DNA from: Escherichia phage T4
Sequence record: OZ209023.1
Length of the DNA: 64,000 bases
Direction: 5' to 3' (one strand)
Part shown: positions 27,646-37,581 of the stretch, piece after piece
Position numbering within the stretch: the first letter of the stretch is position 1
Layout: each line of letters opens with the position of its first letter
Position numbers and translations under genes: made by a program
The notes under the pieces: generated by a model
What the model saw: the letters and a program-made list of their open reading frames with translations, nothing else
Database searches by the model: none
Told to the model about the DNA's origin: nothing

Positions 27646-27863
27646 GTCACCTTTAAGCAGTATTCTTCTACATGCTGTTTACGACCTTTCTTATCAATAA
27701 AGGTATATTCAACGAATGTTCCAATGTAGTCTTTATCTACATCATGTGGACTATTAATTGGACATTTAGTGCGACAAATGCGTTCCCATTGACGAATAAT
27801 TACTGCCTTATTCTTTGGGTCATATGGATGTGGATAATGTATATTCATAATAATGGTTCCCAA
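27636..27863 (-). CDS. Hypothetical protein (tk.3 position)
   Basis: 75-aa ORF. Confidence 0.5.
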   Translation of the reverse strand: MGTIIMNIHYPHPYDPKNKAVIIRQWERICRTKCPINSPHDVDKDYIGTFVEYTFIDKKGRKQHVEEYCLKVTWL

Positions 27864-28312
27864 TCAACAATCACAATTTCTAATTTAGAGGAATATGTAT
27901 CTAAAATCCCCTCAATAATATCCCAGTTCCCTTTACCTATGCCTGCACCAATCCTAGGCATATAGATTGTAGGTTTAATCAGTTTATTTTCACCAAACTC
28001 ATTTAATTCTAACATACAATTCATTAAAGCGGAATACTCAAAATTTGGCCCTGGTTGAAATTGAGTATAAAGATTGAAGCAGTAAGCTTTATGAGTCCTA
28101 AAGTATTTTTCATAGACTGAGTAAGAACCGAGTTTAGTTACATCACCCCATTCAGTCTGTAATTTATCAGCTTCCAAAATTTTAGGGAAAGCTTTGGTTA
28201 ATTGACCCGCTACGCCTGAACCCATAGTATGAAAACAATTACATCCATGTGCAATATTTTTACCTTCAGCGAAAAGGGCGACAATATCGCCCTTGATATA
28301 TTTTACAATCAT
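27845..28312 (-). CDS. Macro-domain protein (tk.4 position)
   Basis: 155 aa; NCFHTMGSGVAG and IGAGIGKG resemble the macro-domain N-x6-GG[VLI] and G-[IV]-x-G ADP-ribose-binding loops. Confidence 0.55.
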   Translation of the reverse strand: MIVKYIKGDIVALFAEGKNIAHGCNCFHTMGSGVAGQLTKAFPKILEADKLQTEWGDVTKLGSYSVYEKYFRTHKAYCFNLYTQFQPGPNFEYSALMNCMLELNEFGENKLIKPTIYMPRIGAGIGKGNWDIIEGILDTYSSKLEIVIVDWEPLL

Positions 28313-28656
28313 CTAGTACTCAATCCTCGATTATAAGAATCTACCAAACGGTCAACCATTGAATGACAAGCGGCTTTATCTTTCTCCTCCGCAACTGAAC
28401 ATTCTAAGGTATTCCACTTTTTAGCATATCGTTTTAACAATGTATCGTTTTTGTATCTGCTTGATTTATCTCTTTCTCCGTCTTTATATGCATATATTAA
28501 TTTCTGTGCAAATTCAGCTTGGCATGCCTTATTTTTCCCACAATAATCTGCCGCAGTGCGGTTTACATATTCTCTAATTTCAGTATATGATGTATCTGCT
28601 GACGCAGAAGCAGAAAATGAAATTAATCCTATACATAAAACCAAAATTTTAGTCAT
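28309..28656 (-). CDS. vs: Valyl-tRNA synthetase modifier Vs
   Basis: 115 aa with signal-peptide-like N-terminus; length and position as T4 vs. Confidence 0.7.
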   Translation of the reverse strand: MTKILVLCIGLISFSASASADTSYTEIREYVNRTAADYCGKNKACQAEFAQKLIYAYKDGERDKSSRYKNDTLLKRYAKKWNTLECSVAEEKDKAACHSMVDRLVDSYNRGLSTR

Positions 28657-29194
28657 TTACTATTTCCAAAAGTTTATTATTTTTAAGGTAATTAGCCTTT
28701 TCTAGGACTTCAGAAGCATATTTAGAACCTGCTTTAACATTCCATCCCGAATTATAAGAGGATATTGCTTTTCTTATATCGCCCTTATGTATATTTAACC
28801 AATAAGAAAGTTCAATGTACGCCCAGGAAGCTGAATTGGATCGTTTATTCAACATTCTTTTTATTTCAGCATCGGTCATATTATAACCAAGTTCCTTAAC
28901 TCTTGCTCGCATAGTAGGCAAATAATTTTGGAACATTCCGTAGGCGTGATGCTTTGGTTTAGATTTTAAATTAACTCCGCCAGAGCTTTCTTGCCATAAA
29001 ATGGCAGCCATTATATGACCTAATCCGCTCTTGTGGATATTTTTGTGTGTTTTATATTTTCCATCCTTAGAAAATTGTTCCCCGAATTGATACGCGTAAC
29101 GCATGTTATCGAGTTGGACATTACTGAAAGTATGCTCGGAGCTATGTGCCATCATTGAAATGGCCAATAGACCAGCGAGTAGTGCTTTTCTCAT
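28649..29194 (-). CDS. Secreted lytic-transglycosylase-like protein (vs.1 position)
   Basis: 181 aa; signal peptide then ILWQESSGG...YGMFQ, an SLT-like catalytic region. Confidence 0.6.
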   Translation of the reverse strand: MRKALLAGLLAISMMAHSSEHTFSNVQLDNMRYAYQFGEQFSKDGKYKTHKNIHKSGLGHIMAAILWQESSGGVNLKSKPKHHAYGMFQNYLPTMRARVKELGYNMTDAEIKRMLNKRSNSASWAYIELSYWLNIHKGDIRKAISSYNSGWNVKAGSKYASEVLEKANYLKNNKLLEIVND

Positions 29195-29201
29195 GCTTAC
29201 C

Positions 29202-29663
29202 TCATTGAGTTTTAATTACTGCTTTAGAAGCCTTTCCTGGTAAACGACGACTGTTGATAATTGCCATCCTACATTGAAGTGACGGGTCTTTGAACTTCTC
29301 GTTAGGTTTACAAACTGTAAATCCAAGCCAAAGATTTCCATCTGTGATTTCTAAACGTCCAGGACGATATTCAACCCCATCAATAAAATCCTCGTCAATG
29401 TCAGGACGCGGAGGCATACTCAGGAATTCATTAACTTCTAAAACATGGTCTTTTATTTTATGGAATAATTCAAAAACGTATGTCTCATCAATCTCCCGTT
29501 GAATTGCGCGATCAAGAAGATGTTGAGAATATTTTAGATGAAACGATGAGACTCCTGCTGCTTTTGATGCCTCACGAATCTCATTGTTAATTTGACGAAA
29601 CTCCGACTCAAAGTGACGACGAAGCTTATTTCGACGGATAAAAACTTCTGTATTGATAGTCAT
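29202..29663 (-). CDS. regB: Endoribonuclease RegB
   Basis: 153 aa; MTINTEVFIRRNKLRRHFESEF..., length and position as T4 RegB. Confidence 0.85.
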   Translation of the reverse strand: MTINTEVFIRRNKLRRHFESEFRQINNEIREASKAAGVSSFHLKYSQHLLDRAIQREIDETYVFELFHKIKDHVLEVNEFLSMPPRPDIDEDFIDGVEYRPGRLEITDGNLWLGFTVCKPNEKFKDPSLQCRMAIINSRRLPGKASKAVIKTQ

Positions 29664-29690
29664 GTTATTCTCCTCTTAACTGATAGAAAA

Positions 29691-29720
29691 ATTATACCAC
29701 AGTCAAGAGGAAAAGTAAAC
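29691..29720 (-). promoter_or_regulatory. T4 early-type promoter upstream of regB
   Basis: Minus-strand GTTTACttttcctcttgactgTGGTATAAT. Confidence 0.6.
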
Positions 29721-29722
29721 AG

Positions 29723-30043
29723 TTATTCTTTAAATCTAATCAATTTATTCATAGACTTTGAAACTTCGGCACGAACCTCATGTAGATTTTTGAGCTGTTC
29801 AAGACGCTGCGTATAGTAAGCAATTTCATCTTCTTCGAGACAGTCCTGCGAATCTTCTTTAAGATAACGTGCATAGTCCTGGAAAGCGTTACGGACTACT
29901 TCCTGGAAGTCATCAAGACTTTGAATTTTCTTAGGAGCAACAGATACACGACGAGGGGCAGTATAATACTCATAACCAAACCCTGCGCTTAATTGAGCCA
30001 TTAGTATTTTTCCTCTGGTTGGAACACTGCACGACAAGCCCAC
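29723..30043 (-). CDS. Hypothetical protein (vs.3 position)
   Basis: 106-aa ORF. Confidence 0.5.
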   Translation of the reverse strand: MGLSCSVPTRGKILMAQLSAGFGYEYYTAPRRVSVAPKKIQSLDDFQEVVRNAFQDYARYLKEDSQDCLEEDEIAYYTQRLEQLKNLHEVRAEVSKSMNKLIRFKE

Positions 30044-30303
30044 ATACTGGCTTCTTTGAGTTTCGTTTTAGCAATAGTTAACTGATCGAGACTTTCAGCA
30101 TAATTCTTCGCGAATTCACAGTCTTCGCAATTATCTAGTGCTTCCCAGAATTCATCATATAAAGCATCAAAGATAAGTCCTAAACGAACTTCAGCGTCTT
30201 TAATAGCATTTACTTTACCGATTTTCTCTTCAGTATGTGGTTTATAACCCTTAATATCTTCAATCATATTTGACTTCCTCACCAGTACATAAATCGTATT
30301 CAA
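30001..30303 (-). CDS. Hypothetical protein (vs.4 position; candidate anti-CBASS sponge Acb2 by gene order only)
   Basis: 100-aa ORF, second after regB; assignment is positional, not sequence-verified. Confidence 0.45.
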   Translation of the reverse strand: MNTIYVLVRKSNMIEDIKGYKPHTEEKIGKVNAIKDAEVRLGLIFDALYDEFWEALDNCEDCEFAKNYAESLDQLTIAKTKLKEASMWACRAVFQPEEKY

Positions 30304-30481
30304 CTAAACGAATAGGTTCATGAATGCCATAGCCTTGAACAGAAATTTCTGTCGTAGGATAAATTCCATCAATATCACCCATATTCCACGCTTCATTAAA
30401 TTGCTGTTCGCCTGAGTTACTAAACCACTCGGCGAAAGCATTTAGCACATCTTCAGAACCTTCAATAATTATCTTTGCCAT
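30260..30481 (-). CDS. Hypothetical acidic protein (vs.5 position)
   Basis: 73-aa ORF. Confidence 0.5.
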   Translation of the reverse strand: MAKIIIEGSEDVLNAFAEWFSNSGEQQFNEAWNMGDIDGIYPTTEISVQGYGIHEPIRLVEYDLCTGEEVKYD

Positions 30482-30843
30482 TACAAACTTTCAGTAAAGG
30501 TACGAGCGATAACGTCGCGCTGCTGTTCCGGAGTCAGAGAGTTAAAGCGAACTGCATAACCGGATACACGGATGGTCAGCTGCGGATATTTTTCCGGATG
30601 CTTAACTGCATCTTCCAGAGTTTCACGACGCAGAACGTTAACGTTCAGGTGTTGACCACCTTCAATTTTAACTGTAGGTTGTGGCTCAATTTCAATTTCA
30701 CGGGCATGCAAACCATAGAAAATTTCTGGGTCTACAAAAGAGTCCTCTTTAAAGGTTTTAGAGACAATAATTCGTGCTTGAATACCATCTTCAAAATAAA
30801 TAGTACCTTTATGTGTGCCTTCAAGAATTTGATATGCTTTCAT
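30481..30843 (-). CDS. Autonomous glycyl-radical cofactor (GrcA/YfiD-like) protein (vs.6 position)
   Basis: 120 aa; C-terminal RVSGYAVRF glycyl-radical fingerprint. Confidence 0.7.
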   Translation of the reverse strand: MKAYQILEGTHKGTIYFEDGIQARIIVSKTFKEDSFVDPEIFYGLHAREIEIEPQPTVKIEGGQHLNVNVLRRETLEDAVKHPEKYPQLTIRVSGYAVRFNSLTPEQQRDVIARTFTESL

Positions 30844-30850
30844 ATAAACC

Positions 30851-31231
30851 TCAATTAGAAAATAAATTTATCCAAGATTGTTCTTTAATTAAAAATGGCT
30901 CAGAATCATATGCCATTAAACTTTGCGTAATTAATCCTTTAAAAGGTCCATCAATAAATTCCATGGTAAAATATGGAATTTTATTCATTAGCCGTGCATT
31001 AGGAGCAGTGCACAAAACTCTGCATCCTTTGAATACGCCTTTTTGTAATTTGTATTGCTTGGGATAAAATTCGCTCAAAATGTTATTTTTTGCCAAAATT
31101 TCAAAATGATTCACCAATTTATTTTTAATAGTTTTTGGCGAAAAATAAAGATATTCGAAAAGCTGAGTGTCTGTCATCATTGCATTCCGATTACGAAAAA
31201 CTGTGGACGAGTAATACCACCAATGCAACAT
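30851..31231 (-). CDS. Hypothetical protein (vs.7 position)
   Basis: 126-aa ORF. Confidence 0.5.
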   Translation of the reverse strand: MLHWWYYSSTVFRNRNAMMTDTQLFEYLYFSPKTIKNKLVNHFEILAKNNILSEFYPKQYKLQKGVFKGCRVLCTAPNARLMNKIPYFTMEFIDGPFKGLITQSLMAYDSEPFLIKEQSWINLFSN

Positions 31232-31827
31232 TTACTATTACAGCAGTAGTGTACGGTGTCAATATGGACACTATAAATCTTATCCATATCAGGAGATTTG
31301 ACAGGCTCATCAATTATATACAAAATTCGCGAAAGCTTTAAACCTCTGAACTTGCTTCCTTTATTACCAATAAAACTGCGTACAGAATCAGTAAATAAAC
31401 GAAAACGTATATCATCATTAGAATAACGCGAAAATTCCTTTTTGATGTTATTTGCAGAAATTTTAGCATAAGCTGAAGTATTAGAAAGAACAATAACTGT
31501 TCCGCCATCATACAACCAATTAGCAGCAAAGTTAGTCACAGCAATTGATTTACCGGATTGACGTCCACCATCTAGTCGAAGTGTACAATACTGTTTAAGT
31601 AAGTCTTCAAATGGCGGGATATATTCGTTTTTACAAATTTCTTCTACTCTAGCATCAGAATGGTGTGTAAAAGCATTCATCAGGGATAGATAAGGACCAG
31701 TTAAAAATGTTCTCATTTCTTCTCTATAAGTTTGGGCCATTCCGTGGCGCATGAATTGTCCATTTCTGTATTTACCCATTACCGCGCTTGGGCTCGACCT
31801 TATTACAGGTTGGCGGGAATCCCTCAT
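31177..31827 (-). CDS. Putative P-loop NTPase (vs.8 position); start uncertain
   Basis: 216-aa ORF; GGRQSGKS Walker-A-like and ILYIIDEP Walker-B-like motifs. Confidence 0.5.
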   Translation of the reverse strand: MRDSRQPVIRSSPSAVMGKYRNGQFMRHGMAQTYREEMRTFLTGPYLSLMNAFTHHSDARVEEICKNEYIPPFEDLLKQYCTLRLDGGRQSGKSIAVTNFAANWLYDGGTVIVLSNTSAYAKISANNIKKEFSRYSNDDIRFRLFTDSVRSFIGNKGSKFRGLKLSRILYIIDEPVKSPDMDKIYSVHIDTVHYCCNSKCCIGGITRPQFFVIGMQ

Positions 31828-31853
31828 ATAATCATGAGGTCCAGGTTGTTCCC

Positions 31854-32270
31854 TTATGCATAAATCGCCTTACCGTAGTATTTGTACCAAGTAGGACGTT
31901 GTGCAATTTTTTCATCTAAACGAGCTTGTGATATAGCAATAGAAGCTTCATGGGGAATATAATCACCACGGAATTCCTGAGGAATATCACTAATATCCTG
32001 GACTGTAGTATCCTTGATATTAAAACCACGTTTTAAACATTCAGCTATAAGCTCAATTTGACGTTTACGTAAGAACTCGAGCTTATCGTAAAAGAATGTA
32101 ACATGACCTGCGCCAAGGATAAAAGTAGGACTGATTTTAAAATCACGAACACGTTTACCGTTAGCAACATGCTTACGAACTGCACCAAAAACACGCGGCA
32201 ATTCACGATATTCAGCCATTAAGTGTTGGTCAGCCAATTCAGATACTAAAGTAAGGTTGATACGAGTCAT
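31854..32270 (-). CDS. denV: Endonuclease V (pyrimidine-dimer DNA glycosylase) DenV
   Basis: 138 aa; [34 protein letters not shown]... as T4 DenV. Confidence 0.9.
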
Positions 32271-32299
32271 TTTAGTGTTCTCCTGTAGTTGATAGGTCT

Positions 32300-32328
32300 A
32301 TAGTATCATACCTACAGGAGATGTAAAC
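32300..32328 (-). promoter_or_regulatory. T4 early-type promoter upstream of denV
   Basis: Minus-strand GTTTACatctcctgtaggtaTGaTACTAT; flanked by the inverted repeat tcctgtag / ctacagga. Confidence 0.5.
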
Positions 32329-32330
32329 TG

Positions 32331-32633
32331 TTATTTATCTTTAATTGCTTTAGCTGCTTCGATAGCCGCTTGCTGAAGGTCATCCATAGACATGCCGAAC
32401 TTAGAAGCAAAGTTATCAATTTTCTTTTCGACGGCATTCAAAGGCTTGGCCTGTTTACCTTCATTAGCGCCAGGAAGAGCGAGAATACGCTCTCTGTCAA
32501 TATAAAGGCTTACAAGTTTCTTACGGTCTTTATCGGGCAAATCATGAAATGAATGGGCCTTTTTATTTACAGCGGCTTCTAATTTACCTGCGCCCACTCG
32601 CGCTTCGGCAATAAATTCTTGATATGTTTTCAT
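32331..32633 (-). CDS. ipII: Internal protein II
   Basis: 100 aa; N-terminal MKTYQEFIAEA capsid-targeting sequence. Confidence 0.85.
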   Translation of the reverse strand: MKTYQEFIAEARVGAGKLEAAVNKKAHSFHDLPDKDRKKLVSLYIDRERILALPGANEGKQAKPLNAVEKKIDNFASKFGMSMDDLQQAAIEAAKAIKDK

Positions 32634-32669
32634 ATGTTTCCTTTAAATGTAAATATTTTTATTATTCTA

Positions 32670-32714
32670 TCCTAGAATTGTGATAATATATTCACAATTC
32701 TAGGAGTTGTAAAC
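32670..32714 (-). promoter_or_regulatory. T4 early-type promoter of ipII overlapping a 14-bp-arm palindrome
   Basis: GTTTAC at 32709-32714; tcctagaattgtga-N8-tcacaattctagga at 32670-32705. Confidence 0.5.
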
Positions 32715-32748
32715 TGCTTTTATTTAAGCGTCCCAAGTATAAGCTTTA

Positions 32749-33330
32749 TTAAGAATTACCACGGGCTGCATTAGCAACGGCGTAAGCGTACTGAATATTA
32801 GCGTCTTTAAACTTACCTTTAGAGGTATCTATTTCTGCCTTAAAGCCGCCTTTAGTCATAACATCGGCAAATTCTTTACGGAAAGCCATTGCATCAAGAC
32901 CTTTCCATGATGATTTATGCTTGGCAAATTCAAGACCTGCGAAGTTGACAGCTTTAGCCAATTTATTATCAATGACCCATTTACCGGCTTTAGGCACAAA
33001 CTTCGGGCCTTTCTGTTTAGAGAACAGTTTTAAATTCCAGCGGCGAAGGTCTGCATCAGCTTTAACAAATTCTGAGTCTAAGTTACTAGCAACAACATCT
33101 TCAATATGAGCAAATTTAAGTCCGTCAACTTCAATATTTAAATCGGTACGCCAGCGAAGTCCTTCCCAAGCGAAGGCTTTAAAGTCGGAAGCCTTTGTAG
33201 CTAAGTACCGTTCAATAGGAGCTGTTTTAGGGTCAAAGCCGTTTCCTGATCGGTAGGTCCACTCATCTTTGTTAATGCCTTTGGCCTTTACTACAGAAGC
33301 TTCGGCAATAAATTCTTGATATGTTTTCAT
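32749..33330 (-). CDS. ipIII: Internal protein III
   Basis: 193 aa; N-terminal MKTYQEFIAEA capsid-targeting sequence. Confidence 0.85.
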   Translation of the reverse strand: MKTYQEFIAEASVVKAKGINKDEWTYRSGNGFDPKTAPIERYLATKASDFKAFAWEGLRWRTDLNIEVDGLKFAHIEDVVASNLDSEFVKADADLRRWNLKLFSKQKGPKFVPKAGKWVIDNKLAKAVNFAGLEFAKHKSSWKGLDAMAFRKEFADVMTKGGFKAEIDTSKGKFKDANIQYAYAVANAARGNS

Positions 33331-33373
33331 ATGTTTCCTTTAAATATTTTAATTAGTAATTGTCTATTCAAGT

Positions 33374-33413
33374 AATTGTGAATATACTATCACAATTCCA
33401 AGAGAAAGTAAAC
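33374..33413 (-). promoter_or_regulatory. T4 early-type promoter of ipIII overlapping the palindrome AATTGTGA-N8-TCACAATT
   Basis: GTTTAC at 33408-33413; aattgtga atatacta tcacaatt at 33374-33397. Confidence 0.5.
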
Positions 33414-33417
33414 AGCT

Positions 33418-34386
<969 letters not shown>

Positions 34387-34405
<19 letters not shown>

Positions 34406-34578
34406 TCAGTGATAAAGTTATTTAAATTTTGAGCATATTTCTTTTCATCAAAAATCTTTTGCTGTCTGCGTAACCGCCATGGCATTTCAATGAACATACG
34501 CCATATTCCTGATAATACTGCTGCTGTAAAAATATTAACAAGTATAGTTAAAAGAATCCAATCGCCTATTCTGTCCAT
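34387..34578 (-). CDS. Small membrane protein (e.x position)
   Basis: 63 aa, one transmembrane helix. Confidence 0.5.
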
Positions 34579-34874
34579 TGGATTTTTATAAAAAAGTAAA
34601 ATACGAATGATGATATAGGAAGACTAATGATATACCACAGAAGAACCTTCTTATCTGTGAACCAATCAGCATTCGTTAACTTAGCGCGACCATTTTGAAT
34701 ACACACGAATTTATCATCTGTTACAGTAAATGGCTTAGCTGCTTGATATCCCATTCTAAACTCCCTAATTAATCGTTTCTTTGTATCTTCGGAACAACCA
34801 TTCCAATCAACTCTATCAACTGGAATGCCATCATCCCCATCATCTAAATCATACCAGCGAGTTTTTAAAATCAT
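34566..34874 (-). CDS. Small membrane-anchored protein (e.x position)
   Basis: 102 aa, C-terminal transmembrane helix. Confidence 0.5.
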   Translation of the reverse strand: MILKTRWYDLDDGDDGIPVDRVDWNGCSEDTKKRLIREFRMGYQAAKPFTVTDDKFVCIQNGRAKLTNADWFTDKKVLLWYIISLPISSFVFYFFIKIQWTE

Positions 34875-35233
34875 TTAATTTTCCTGCAATCAATCACAAA
34901 CTCTTTCATTGATTCATTTTCAATATAAGACATGTAGCTATTATATTCTTTTAATTGTATTTTGTAATCCTTTTTTCTTTGCCAATTTATTTTAAAATTA
35001 TCATAATGAAAATATAAAATGATACCAAAGAATGAAAACAATGAAATAATTTTAGTATAACAAAGCTCGCTCCAAACTTCTATTATATCTACTGTACCAC
35101 TGATTTTTAAAATAAAACAGTCAATTAATAGTCCAATAAGACTACCTGTAAGAGCTGCAGCCAACGCCACAGCAAAAATTAAAAATGACTCAGAAAACGA
35201 ATATTTGACTTTATTTAGCTTTGGCTTTTGCAT
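34871..35233 (-). CDS. Small membrane protein (e.x position)
   Basis: 120 aa, two hydrophobic segments. Confidence 0.5.
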   Translation of the reverse strand: MQKPKLNKVKYSFSESFLIFAVALAAALTGSLIGLLIDCFILKISGTVDIIEVWSELCYTKIISLFSFFGIILYFHYDNFKINWQRKKDYKIQLKEYNSYMSYIENESMKEFVIDCRKIK

Positions 35234-35628
35234 CGTGATTCCTTAACAAATTTCATAATTTCATTAAATTCATACTCAGCAAGTTTAAGCTGGTGTTCCT
35301 TTTTAATCTTTTTGCACTGGGCTTTCCAATCACGTACGCGTTTACGATAATGTCTTCCTTGATACCAGTATCCTATCCAATTTACGGGTACTAATAAAAA
35401 TGGAACTACCAATGGAAGAGTTAGCATTAACATAATTATTACGCCAGAATCAATATCAGTCATAACATCTAAAACACCTCCAATAATCAATAGAATTACA
35501 AATGATATAGCTATCACAGGACCTATTAATACATCAGTAGAAATTATCTGGCGCTTTAATTCATACTTCAAAGGTTTACTTGGAAGGTATAGTGATGGCT
35601 TTGACATATTCTCTACATTCCTTAACAA
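35215..35628 (-). CDS. Small membrane protein (e.x position)
   Basis: 137 aa, two transmembrane helices and a basic C-terminus. Confidence 0.5.
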   Translation of the reverse strand: MLRNVENMSKPSLYLPSKPLKYELKRQIISTDVLIGPVIAISFVILLIIGGVLDVMTDIDSGVIIMLMLTLPLVVPFLLVPVNWIGYWYQGRHYRKRVRDWKAQCKKIKKEHQLKLAEYEFNEIMKFVKESRCKSQS

Positions 35629-36184
35629 ATTTTTCTAGTAATAAATCACTTTCAAAATTAGGATTTTCCACTAATTTATCAAAAAGATCATCAACAATAT
35701 TCAAGATATTTCTTTTACTAAGAATACGTTTATTTTCATGCTTCGTTTCAGAATCAACTATAAGAGTAAAGAAATATTTCTTTCCCTGAAATTTTACCGT
35801 AGTATCAATATAAAATAAATTTGACTTTTGTAAATTACGTTTAAACCATGCGTCACTTAAACTATAAACACCGAGATAATCAAAATCGTCGTTTAAATAA
35901 CAAACTGACCATTCAGGAGAAATGAAATCAGTAAATTCAACATCAAAATCACATGTCAATGAATGAATTGATTCAATACTGTTAATAAGTATTCCAGGAC
36001 GTATTAAAGACTTTTTACCTCTGGAAAATCTTCCAGAAAGACTTTCATCAGTTTCATATGAAGAACCCCAATAATAATTACGTCCTTTTGCCATATGTTT
36101 AAGAGCATTTAGTAATTGGTCTGGAACATCAACGTGTCTTTGGAACTCTTCAAACATTGAATTGAAATCACTTTGCATTTTCAT
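35576..36184 (-). CDS. Hypothetical protein (e.x position)
   Basis: 202-aa ORF. Confidence 0.55.
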   Translation of the reverse strand: MKMQSDFNSMFEEFQRHVDVPDQLLNALKHMAKGRNYYWGSSYETDESLSGRFSRGKKSLIRPGILINSIESIHSLTCDFDVEFTDFISPEWSVCYLNDDFDYLGVYSLSDAWFKRNLQKSNLFYIDTTVKFQGKKYFFTLIVDSETKHENKRILSKRNILNIVDDLFDKLVENPNFESDLLLEKFVKECREYVKAITIPSK

Positions 36185-36204
36185 TCCTATTTACTCCAAG
36201 TAAT

Positions 36205-36222
36205 AGGGGGCCGAAGCCCCTT
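36205..36222 (-). other. Stable GC stem-loop with UUCG tetraloop between two genes
   Basis: ggggc-cgaa-gcccc on plus strand; weak U-tract; possible RNA-stability or attenuator element. Confidence 0.45.
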
Positions 36223-36226
36223 ATCA

Positions 36227-36820
36227 TTATTTCAGAGAATTAATATATTCCTGAACATCGGCAGAGGTAGTTTCAACCCCAGAAATATTACCATTAAAGG
36301 TTTCAACTCGAGCAAGAGTATCTTCAATATCAACCTTAGTCAGTGCTGCAATTTCAACTACATCATCAGCAGTACTAATTCCAAGGGCATTTGCTGCACG
36401 AGTTTCACGGATATATTCCAATTTAACTGCAAGTTCTTGGCGAGCATCATCTAACTCAACTACTTTCTTGGCGATTTCAATTCGCATTTCAGCATAACCA
36501 TCAGCTTTAGTAGTCAGCTGTTCAGCTGTTCGACGATATAGCAAGCCGAGTTTAGCATGCATTGTTACATCTTGACCTTCGGAAAGAAGCTTGCGAATTT
36601 CACGCTCTTTTGATTCGGCCTGTTTATTCTTTTCAACAATAAGTTCACGAATACGTTTTTCTTCATTAATAGATTTAACAGAAGCAGTTTTTAGGTCTTT
36701 AATTTTATCAAGTAGTTTTGCTGCTGCAGCAGTATACTGTTCTTCAACAGATAGATTTTTAGCCATTGCAGAACCAAGTTTAGTGCGAATAAACTCAACA
36801 ATTTTCTTCAGTGTGTTCAT
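36227..36820 (-). CDS. Coiled-coil protein, PspA/IM30-like in composition (e.x position)
   Basis: 197 aa, predominantly helical and charged. Confidence 0.5.
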
Positions 36821-36852
36821 AGTATTTCCTTAGGTTGGTATAATTAGATAAT

Positions 36853-36882
36853 ATAATATCACGTTTCTAATAGATTGTAAAC
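36853..36882 (-). promoter_or_regulatory. T4 early-type promoter
   Basis: Minus-strand GTTTACAatctattagaaacgTGaTATTAT. Confidence 0.55.
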
Positions 36883-37218
36883 TTATTCTTCGTCTAGCTC
36901 GTCGATAAAGGCGTTGATGGCCTCGATAATGGCATCATTGATAGCCAATAAAATAAAATCATCGTCAGTACCTTTAGAAGATTCTAAAGCATTGATATAT
37001 GCTTGGTTGACGAGTTCCCAAGCCTTTTTAAAATAAGGAGCTTCATCATCAGGACAAATATCCCGCACGCCTTCAAAGATACGTTTGGCATAATCTAACA
37101 CCCATTGTACAGGCATGTTTTGAGAACGTTCGTTAAACTCTTTAAAGTCCTTAGATTCAAAAAGCTCTTCAGGATAATTATTTCTATTACAAAAAGCTTT
37201 ACTAAAGTTACGTTTCAT
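36883..37218 (-). CDS. Hypothetical acidic protein
   Basis: 111-aa ORF. Confidence 0.55.
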   Translation of the reverse strand: MKRNFSKAFCNRNNYPEELFESKDFKEFNERSQNMPVQWVLDYAKRIFEGVRDICPDDEAPYFKKAWELVNQAYINALESSKGTDDDFILLAINDAIIEAINAFIDELDEE

Positions 37219-37244
37219 AATGTTTTCCTCATTTGTATAGGCTC

Positions 37245-37274
37245 ATAATATCTCAATCATGAGCCTATGTAAAC
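37245..37274 (-). promoter_or_regulatory. T4 early-type promoter with -10 inside a 10-bp-arm inverted repeat
   Basis: GTTTAC at 37269-37274, TATTAT; palindrome ataggctcat / atgagcctat at 37237-37268. Confidence 0.55.
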
Positions 37275-37538
37275 TTATTTCATATTATTGAAATATTCTT
37301 CTGCGATTTCGTCGTTATCATGGTAAACTTTAGAAGACAGTTTAACATAACTTTCAGCAGTGAACATGTTAATCACAACCTTTACAGTATACCACTGACC
37401 GTCTTCATTACCCATTACTGCGTAAGTTTCAAACATCGGATGGTCAGGACCGATAACTTTAATATCATTCACCGTACGACCGAAATCTTCTGAAACACAT
37501 TTCATAAAGAAGTTGAAAAGTTCACCGTAATTATCCAT
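37275..37538 (-). CDS. Hypothetical protein
   Basis: 87 aa from the ATG at 37536-37538 with GGAG Shine-Dalgarno; track N-terminus is promoter read-through. Confidence 0.5.
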   Translation of the reverse strand: MDNYGELFNFFMKCVSEDFGRTVNDIKVIGPDHPMFETYAVMGNEDGQWYTVKVVINMFTAESYVKLSSKVYHDNDEIAEEYFNNMK

Positions 37539-37581
37539 TTTATTCTCCAAGTTATTTTCTGTATCAGTAGTTGATAGTTGT

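Noticed and set aside
32670-32705. Possible CRP/cAMP receptor site (TGTGA...TCACA) at the ipII and ipIII promoters
   Set aside because: The half-site spacing is 8 bp rather than the canonical 6 bp, so a classical CRP site is unlikely; kept only as an unexplained dyad.
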